The translations under genes and the position numbers were made by a program. Shown here piece by piece: positions 57,857 through 64,000 of a DNA stretch of 64,000 nucleotides. Every line of letters starts with the position of its first letter. The first letter of the stretch is position 1. The stretch comes from Alphaproteobacteria bacterium. GTDB taxonomy: Bacteria; Pseudomonadota; Alphaproteobacteria; UBA828. A model generated the notes under the pieces. That model was not told where the DNA came from and did not search any database. It worked only from the letters and a program-made list of their open reading frames with translations. The DNA is taken from NCBI GenBank assembly GCA_965221125.1, contig CBDCRW010000004.1, forward strand, positions 224,001 through 288,000, given 5' to 3'.

Positions 57857-59604
57857 CCGCCCCTGCCGCAGGGCCCGGCCTGGCGGCGCGCGGCGGTGGC
57901 GGCCTCGTCGACCTCGGGCGGGTCGCCGGTCAGCACGACGCCGAAGCGCGTCTCCGCTTCCTCCGCCGTGTAGTAGCCGCGCATGACGTCGCGCGCGACC
58001 GCTGCAGGATCGCGTGCCCAGGCATCGCCGTAACCGCCTCCGCCCGGCGTGGACACGCGCACGGTATCGCCGGGGCGGAGCGGGATTTCCTGGTCCTTGG
58101 AGAGGTGCGGCGGCTTGTAGCGGGAGCCGTCGACGCGGATCACGTCCACGCTGTTGACGCCGCCGGGCGCGCCGCCGAGCGCGCCGTTGGGCCCAGCACG
58201 CCCGTGGTCCATCACCATGGAGGCGGAGGCCGCGCCCCGCCGGAGCGTACACGCGTAGGTGACGCCGAAGCCGCCGCGCCAGCGCCCGGCGCCGCCCGAG
58301 CCCTCGTGCAAGGAGTATTCCTGGAAGAGCACCGGGTACTTTTGCTCCATCACCTCGATGGGCTGTGACTTGGAGATGCCGATGGTGGAGCAGCCGTTGG
58401 TGAGACCGTCGCCCGATGGCGAGCCGCCGTAGCCGCCGCCGGTGAAGAGGTACATCACGAAATCGCGCCCGCGCGCGGGGTCGGCGCCGCCCACGGCGAA
58501 GTTGCCCGACGTGCCGGCGGGCGCCGCGAAGAGGCGGTCCGGTATTGCCTGGGCGAGCGCGTCGAACACGGCTTCGGCGATGCGCTGGCTCACCTCCGCC
58601 GCGCAGCCCGAGACCGGGCGCGGGTACTCGGCATGGAGGAAGGTGCCCCTGGGCTCCGTGATGTGCAGCGGCTCGAACATGCCGGCGTTGATCGGCACGT
58701 CGGGGAAGATGTGGCGGATCGCGAGGTAGACCGAGGACTTGGTGGTCGCCGCCACGCTGTTCATCGGCCCGGCGCAGGGCGGGCTCGAGTTCGCCATGTC
58801 GAAGTGCAGCTCGCTGCCGTCCACCCGAATACGCATGTCGATGGTGAGCGGCTCGTTCACCACACCGTCTGAATCGACCTGGGCGAGGCCGCGGTAGGTG
58901 CCGTCCGGAATGGTCTCGATCTTGGCCCGCATCTGCCGTGCGGCGCGCTGGCGCATCTCCCGGATCACGTCTTCGACCAGGGCCTGGCCGTACTTGTCGA
59001 GCAGCGCCGTCATCCGCCGCGCGCCCACCAGCAGCGCCGCCGACTGCGCCTCGATGTCGCCGATGCGCTGCTCGGGCACGCGGATGTTGGAGAGGATGAT
59101 CGAGAGGATCTCCTCGTCGATCGTCCCCTCCTTGTAGAGCTTGACCGGCGGGAAGCGCAGGCCCTCCTGCACCACCTCGGTGGCGCGCGCCGAGAAGCCG
59201 CCCGGCACCATGCCGCCGGTGTCCGGCCAGTGGCCGGTATTCGACAGCCAGGCGAAGTGCGCGCCCTTGTAGAAGAAGGGGAGCGCGAAGCGCACGTCCA
59301 TCAGGTGCGTGCCGCCGAGGTAGGGGTCGTTGACGGCGAAGATGTCGCCCTCGCGCACGTCGGGCTTTGTGGCGATCAGGTGCTCGGTCGAGAACTGCAT
59401 GGTGCCGACGAAGACCGGCAGCCCCAGCTCGCCTTGCGCGATGAGCTTGCCGTCCTCCTTCGCGTAGATGCCGTCCGAGCGGTCCAGGCCCTCGGAGATC
59501 ACGGGGCTAAAGGCCGAGCGCACGAAGGCGAGATCCATCTCGTTGCAGACCTGCTGCAGGCCGCTCTGCACCACGCCGAGGGTGATGGGATCGAGCGCGC
59601 TCAT
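57853..59604 (-). CDS. Hydantoinase B/oxoprolinase-family subunit (pair 3)
   Basis: MSALDPITL start, NDPYLGGTHLMD, HWPDTGG and TPGGGGYG; ATGA overlap with the A subunit. Confidence 0.93.
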   Translation of the reverse strand: MSALDPITLGVVQSGLQQVCNEMDLAFVRSAFSPVISEGLDRSDGIYAKEDGKLIAQGELGLPVFVGTMQFSTEHLIATKPDVREGDIFAVNDPYLGGTHLMDVRFALPFFYKGAHFAWLSNTGHWPDTGGMVPGGFSARATEVVQEGLRFPPVKLYKEGTIDEEILSIILSNIRVPEQRIGDIEAQSAALLVGARRMTALLDKYGQALVEDVIREMRQRAARQMRAKIETIPDGTYRGLAQVDSDGVVNEPLTIDMRIRVDGSELHFDMANSSPPCAGPMNSVAATTKSSVYLAIRHIFPDVPINAGMFEPLHITEPRGTFLHAEYPRPVSGCAAEVSQRIAEAVFDALAQAIPDRLFAAPAGTSGNFAVGGADPARGRDFVMYLFTGGGYGGSPSGDGLTNGCSTIGISKSQPIEVMEQKYPVLFQEYSLHEGSGGAGRWRGGFGVTYACTLRRGAASASMVMDHGRAGPNGALGGAPGGVNSVDVIRVDGSRYKPPHLSKDQEIPLRPGDTVRVSTPGGGGYGDAWARDPAAVARDVMRGYYTAEEAETRFGVVLTGDPPEVDEAATAARRQAGPCGRGG

Positions 59605-61640
59605 CCGCGCACCTCCAGGATCAGGTTGCCGATGGCGTCGAGGGAGGCGCGGTTGCCGGGCTCGACCACGCTCGTGGTGTCGATCTGGCGGACGATCGCG
59701 GGCCCCTCGAAGCGGGCGCCGGCGGGCAGGCGCGCGCGGTCGTAAATGGGTGTCTCCGCCCAGCCCGAGGGGAACCACACGCGGCGCGTGCCTGCGAGCG
59801 CGTCGTCGAGGGCTGTGGCCTGTTCTGCGCCGGCGAGCGCTGCGAGCGGCACCTGGGGCCGCGCGCCGATCACCGCGGTGTGCAGGTTGACGAGGACCGC
59901 CGGGATCGCGTCGAGCGCGACCGCGAAGCGCTCCCAGTAGGCGGCCTCGAACGCCTCCTGCAGCTCCTCGCGCGTGACCTCGGCCCCTTCCAGCGGCACG
60001 GTGAGCAGGTGGGTCTGGCCCTCGAACTGCATGTCGGCGGCGTGCAGGTACGCGATCTCGCCGACCGCAACGCCCTCCTGCTCGATGGTCGCGCGGCCTT
60101 CCGCCGCCTGGCGCTCCAGGATCGCGCGGACGCTCCCCATGTCCGCCTCCGCCAGCGGCGCGTTCACCGTGTTCACGTGGTCGTGGCGGATGTCGGCGGT
60201 GATGCAGCCGACGGCGCTGGTGATGCCCGGCCGCGCCGGGATCATCACGCGCGGGATGCCCAACTCGGCGGCGAGCGCTGCGGCGTGCATGGGGCCCGCA
60301 CCGCCGAAGGCGAAGAGCACGAAGTCGCGCGGATCGTGGCCGCGCGCGAGCGTCGCCATGCGGATCGCGCCGGCCATGCGGTCGTTGGCGATGCGAATCA
60401 CCGCCGCCGCCGCACCGTCCACGTCGAGGCCGAGCGGCGCGCCGATGGCCTCGGCGAACACGCAACGCACGTCGCCGGGTCCAACCGGGTCTTCCACCGC
60501 CAGCAGCCGCTTGGGATCGAGCCGGCCGAGGATCAGGTTGGCGTCGGTGAGCGTCGGCCGCGCGCCGCCCCGGCCGTAGCAGATCGGCCCCGGCTCGGCG
60601 CCTGCGCTCTCCGGCCCTACTTGCAGCAAGCCGGCCTCGTCGATCCGCGCGATGCTACCGCCGCCGGCGCCGACGGTGTGCACGTCCACCATGGGCACGT
60701 GGATCGGCATGCCGTGCTCCAGCTCCATCTCGGCCGTCACCGCCGGCACGCCGGCCAGCACGAGGCCCACGTCGGCGCTGGTGCCGCCGGTGTCGAAGGT
60801 GATGAGGTCCTGGGCGCCGGCCGCGCGGCCGATCGCGGCGGCGGCCATGACGCCGGACGCCGGGCCCGAGAGCACCGTGTTGACCGCCTTCGCCGCCGCC
60901 GAGCGGGCCGAGACGCTGCCGCCGTTTCCCTGGATCACCAGCAGCTCGCGCCCGTAGCCGCGGCCTGCGAGCTTGCCCTGCAGCCGGTCGAGATAACGGT
61001 GCAGCAGCGGCTGCACGCAGGCGTTCACCGCCGCCGCGACGCCGCGCTCGTACTCGCGGAACTCGGCGAGGATCGCGTGCCCGGCGGTCACGTAGCCCTC
61101 CGGCCAGCATTCGCGGGCGATGGCAAGCGCCCGCTCCTCGTGCGCGGGGTTCTTGTAGCTGTGCAGGAAGTGGACAACGAGCGAATCGCAGCCGGCGGCA
61201 CAGAGCCGCTCCACGGCGTTGCGCACCGCCGCCTCGTCGAGCGGTGTCAGCACCTCGCCGGCCGCGTCCATGCGCTCCGGCACCTCGATGCGAAGCTCGC
61301 GCGGGATCAGCGGCGTGAAGCTGCCGGTGAGGCCGTAAGGCTGGGGTCGCGTGCGCCGCCCGAGCTCCAAAACGTCGCGGAAGCCCTTGGTCGTGATCAG
61401 CCCGCAGCGGCTGAGCTTGCGCTCCAGCAGCGCGTTGGTGGTGACCGTCGTGCCGTGGATGATCGCCGCGACGTCCGCGAGCGATGCCGACGCCCCGTCG
61501 AGCGCGGCGAGCACGCCCGCCGCCTGGTTCGCGGGCGTGGACGGCACCTTGGCGAGTCTCACGGCGCCGGTCTCCGGCTCCATCAGGATGAGATCGGTGA
61601 AGGTTCCGCCGACATCCACGCCGACGACCGCGCCGCTCAT
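59601..61640 (-). CDS. Hydantoinase A/oxoprolinase-family subunit (pair 3)
   Basis: DVGGTFTD, HGTTVTTN, REYER, SGPASG and GAGGGS motifs. Confidence 0.93.
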   Translation of the reverse strand: MSGAVVGVDVGGTFTDLILMEPETGAVRLAKVPSTPANQAAGVLAALDGASASLADVAAIIHGTTVTTNALLERKLSRCGLITTKGFRDVLELGRRTRPQPYGLTGSFTPLIPRELRIEVPERMDAAGEVLTPLDEAAVRNAVERLCAAGCDSLVVHFLHSYKNPAHEERALAIARECWPEGYVTAGHAILAEFREYERGVAAAVNACVQPLLHRYLDRLQGKLAGRGYGRELLVIQGNGGSVSARSAAAKAVNTVLSGPASGVMAAAAIGRAAGAQDLITFDTGGTSADVGLVLAGVPAVTAEMELEHGMPIHVPMVDVHTVGAGGGSIARIDEAGLLQVGPESAGAEPGPICYGRGGARPTLTDANLILGRLDPKRLLAVEDPVGPGDVRCVFAEAIGAPLGLDVDGAAAAVIRIANDRMAGAIRMATLARGHDPRDFVLFAFGGAGPMHAAALAAELGIPRVMIPARPGITSAVGCITADIRHDHVNTVNAPLAEADMGSVRAILERQAAEGRATIEQEGVAVGEIAYLHAADMQFEGQTHLLTVPLEGAEVTREELQEAFEAAYWERFAVALDAIPAVLVNLHTAVIGARPQVPLAALAGAEQATALDDALAGTRRVWFPSGWAETPIYDRARLPAGARFEGPAIVRQIDTTSVVEPGNRASLDAIGNLILEVRG

Positions 61641-61647
61641 GAAACGC

Positions 61648-62508
61648 TCATGCGGCGACGGCTCCGGGTTCCGGCGTTGCCAGCGTGCGGCTCTCGCCCT
61701 GGAGCGCCAAACGAGCCGAGACGATCAGACCCGCCCGCTGCATCGCCCGCGCTTCGGCGAGCCCGGCGTCCAGCGCCGCCGCCCTGGCGTCGGCGGGGAG
61801 CGGCCCGACTGCGACGGTGACCGGGCGCGCGCCGAGATCGCTCTCCTCGCGGCGCGTATCGGCCGGTGCCCGCTCGATGGCGGGATGGTCCACGGTGACG
61901 GCATTGGCGATCAGCGTCGCCGCGGCGTCGGCCGCTGCCGCGCTCCCGGCCAGCACCGTGACCGCATCAGCGATGCCGAAGGAGAGGGAGCGCCCGCGCC
62001 AGCCCGAGGTTGCCATGCCCCGCGCGGGCCCGTCCGCACCGAGGACGATCCGCTCGTCGAAGCCCGGCCGGTCGGGGTCGTTCACCACGCCGGCCGAAAG
62101 CGAGGTTCCGGGGCTGAGGTGAACCGCGATGTCGCCGCCGTTGTTGACGTAGGCGCGCGCGAGCCTGCGCCCCGCCGTCATGGCGGCCAGCGCCTCGTCG
62201 GCGACGGAGCCCGCCACCGCCGCCATCGGCGTGATGAACTGCGTCCGGTGCGGCCAGCAGGCGCCCAGCATGCGCCGCGCCACCGGGCCTTTCAGCGCGG
62301 GACGGGTCTCGCCCAGGGGGCGGCGCAGAAGGGCCAGCTCGGCGACCAGACCGTCGAGGACGGTTGCGAAGCACGCGCCGGCCTGGCGGTAGGCGGCGCG
62401 CACTTCCGCGTCCTCGCCGAAGGCCTCGGCCACGATGTCGATGGGCCCGTGCTGCAGGTGCAGCCGGCGGCCGTCGGGCAGCATCGCCATGCGCGCTGCG
62501 CCCGGCAT
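61648..62508 (-). CDS. UPF0280-family (ApbE-like) protein
   Basis: RLHLQHGPID, TPMAAVAG, YVNNGGD and ATSGWRGRSLSFGIADAVTVLA...ADAAAT; TGATG coupling with the upstream reductase. Confidence 0.87.
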   Translation of the reverse strand: MPGAARMAMLPDGRRLHLQHGPIDIVAEAFGEDAEVRAAYRQAGACFATVLDGLVAELALLRRPLGETRPALKGPVARRMLGACWPHRTQFITPMAAVAGSVADEALAAMTAGRRLARAYVNNGGDIAVHLSPGTSLSAGVVNDPDRPGFDERIVLGADGPARGMATSGWRGRSLSFGIADAVTVLAGSAAAADAAATLIANAVTVDHPAIERAPADTRREESDLGARPVTVAVGPLPADARAAALDAGLAEARAMQRAGLIVSARLALQGESRTLATPEPGAVAA

Positions 62509-63980
62509 CAGGGGGTGCGCTCCGGCAGCGGCCAGGGATTGGCGCGCGGCCACGGCTCCGCTCGGTGGTCCGCATCCTCCAGCGCCTGCTCCAGCGGCAC
62601 GACGCGATCCACGTGGCCGCCGAGCGCCGCGAACTCTGTGCGGCCCAGCGTGAACTCGATGGGCGCCACCAGGGCGGGCGTCGGCACGTAGCCGAAGGCG
62701 TCGGCGGGCATGCGGGTCACGTCCACCATGAAGGTAATGCCGCCGCCGGGCCAGACGTGGACCGGCGCGCCGCCAGCGGTGACGCGGGTGAGCGCGTCCT
62801 TGATCGAGCGGGTGAGGCGCACCGGGTTCTCGGTGACGCCTGCGCGCAAGGAGCCGCCCGCGCCCGCCATGAAGAGCACGGTGCAGAGCGCGGGCTCGCA
62901 GTTCTCCGCGATGCGGCCCACCACCGTCTCGATCTCCGCCGGCATGGGGGCGGGCCGGGGCGTCAGCGTCTCGTCGAGCTCGAACCAGGCGGCGTCCTCG
63001 CCGGTGGTGGAGACCATGTGAAGCCGGAGCCCCGGCCAGGCCTTCTTGGGGTCGATCCGCTCGATGATCTCCAGCGGGTCGGCGATCTCGGTGGCGGCCC
63101 AGCCGCGCCCCTTGCGCGCCACCTGGAAGTAACGCCCCGGCGTCGACCGCCGGCCACGGATTCGGATGCCGGAATGCGGCATGTCGAGGAAGCGCCCGGC
63201 CTGGTGCTCGGTGAGCACGCCGGTGATCTGGTCGTCCACGACGATCACCTCGTCGGCGTGGCCGTGCCACTGGCGCGCGAACATGCCCATGGCGGCCGAG
63301 CCGCAGCCGGCCCGCATGCGCTCCTCGCGCTGGCCGTCCACCACCGGCGCTGCACCCGCCTGCACCACCAGCTCGGCCCCGTCGTCCACGGTGAGCGTCG
63401 CGGGCTTGCCGTTGCAGAGGTCGAGCAGGGTGCTGCAGGTGACCGTGCCCTCGCGCTTGGTGCCGCCGGTGAAGTGGCGCACGCCGCCGAGCGAGAGCAT
63501 CTGCGAGCCATATTCCGCTGTGGTCACGTGGCCGATGGGCTCGCCGTCCGCGCGCACCGAGGCCTGCTCGGGGCCCACGTGGCGGTCGGTGTCGATCTTC
63601 ACCTTCACGCCGCAGTAGCTGAAGATCCCTTCCGAGACGACGGTCACCATGTCCACGCCCGCCGCCTCGCTCGCGATGATGAAGGGCGCGGGCTTGTAGT
63701 CGGGATAGGTGGTGCCGGAGCCGATCCCGGTGACGAAGCGCTCAGGCTTAGCCACCATGCCGCCGTCCCAGTCCTCCGCGCCGCCGAGGAACGGCACCAC
63801 GGTCTCGGCCCGCTCGGTCACCAGCAGCGGGTCGACGCGGGTGAGCGTGCCGCCGACGTTGGCGTAGCGGTCGCAGGCGCCGACCTTGCCCTCGCGGATG
63901 CGGCACAGCACGGGGCAGGCGTCGCAGCGGATGATCGACGCGTCGTCCTTGACCCCGCGCTCAGGCCTAGGCTCGCTCAC
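62508..63980 (-). CDS. 6-hydroxynicotinate reductase-like Fe-S flavoprotein
   Basis: N-terminal CDACPVLC...GACDRY, TTYPDYKPAPFI, EGIFSYCG, MRAGCGS and GAGGSLRAGVTENPV; typical pairing with UPF0280. Confidence 0.82.
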   Translation of the reverse strand: MSEPRPERGVKDDASIIRCDACPVLCRIREGKVGACDRYANVGGTLTRVDPLLVTERAETVVPFLGGAEDWDGGMVAKPERFVTGIGSGTTYPDYKPAPFIIASEAAGVDMVTVVSEGIFSYCGVKVKIDTDRHVGPEQASVRADGEPIGHVTTAEYGSQMLSLGGVRHFTGGTKREGTVTCSTLLDLCNGKPATLTVDDGAELVVQAGAAPVVDGQREERMRAGCGSAAMGMFARQWHGHADEVIVVDDQITGVLTEHQAGRFLDMPHSGIRIRGRRSTPGRYFQVARKGRGWAATEIADPLEIIERIDPKKAWPGLRLHMVSTTGEDAAWFELDETLTPRPAPMPAEIETVVGRIAENCEPALCTVLFMAGAGGSLRAGVTENPVRLTRSIKDALTRVTAGGAPVHVWPGGGITFMVDVTRMPADAFGYVPTPALVAPIEFTLGRTEFAALGGHVDRVVPLEQALEDADHRAEPWPRANPWPLPERTP

Positions 63981-64000
63981 GGGCGGGCCTCCCGCTCGCG
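63977..64000 (-). CDS. 3' end of an upstream co-transcribed gene (truncated by the window)
   Basis: Minus strand reads REREARP-stop with a GTGA overlap onto the reductase start. Confidence 0.4.
   Translation of the reverse strand, partial: REREARP

Noticed and set aside
57853-60465. 870-aa extended hydantoinase B, and similarly extended calls at 51584, 31739, 39992 and 61648-63270
   Set aside because: The extensions are Arg/Gly/Pro-rich alternative-frame read-through of overlapping real genes, expected at very high GC.

Overview
A very GC-rich bacterial chromosome segment, most likely alphaproteobacterial (inferred from the rluD-rpoH, fabI-aroC and ppx-rlmE gene orders and a divergent tRNA-Gln). 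Housekeeping genes (mutS, alkA, fieF, fabI, aroC, rpoH, rluD, rlmE, ppx, tRNA-Gln-CTG) are interleaved with dense catabolic modules. These include a xanthine-dehydrogenase-family molybdenum hydroxylase trio and three separate hydantoinase/oxoprolinase A+B pairs: one with an LLM/F420-type oxidoreductase, one with an Fe-alcohol dehydrogenase and a CoA ligase, and one behind a 6-hydroxynicotinate reductase and a UPF0280/ApbE-like gene. A trimethylamine dehydrogenase is coupled to a GcvT/THF-type protein and sits divergent from an ATPase-less LIV-type ABC importer under twin GntR/FadR-type operators. There is also an orphan Rieske oxygenase, a LytTR/DUF2141/Tat-exported carotenoid-oxygenase module and an orphan ureE-ureG pair. 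Small accessory insertions include an AT-rich K+ channel gene, a vapBC pair, a decayed AbrB-PIN toxin-antitoxin relic, and a 1.3-kb islet (DUF4258/XRE TA-like pair plus a MITE-like element) bracketed by a 25-bp duplication of the tRNA-Gln promoter. Noncoding oddities are a 10-bp tandem array and two multi-hairpin intergenic elements. No CRISPR array, rRNA, integrase or transposase was seen. All family assignments come from motif recognition by eye, not from database searches.
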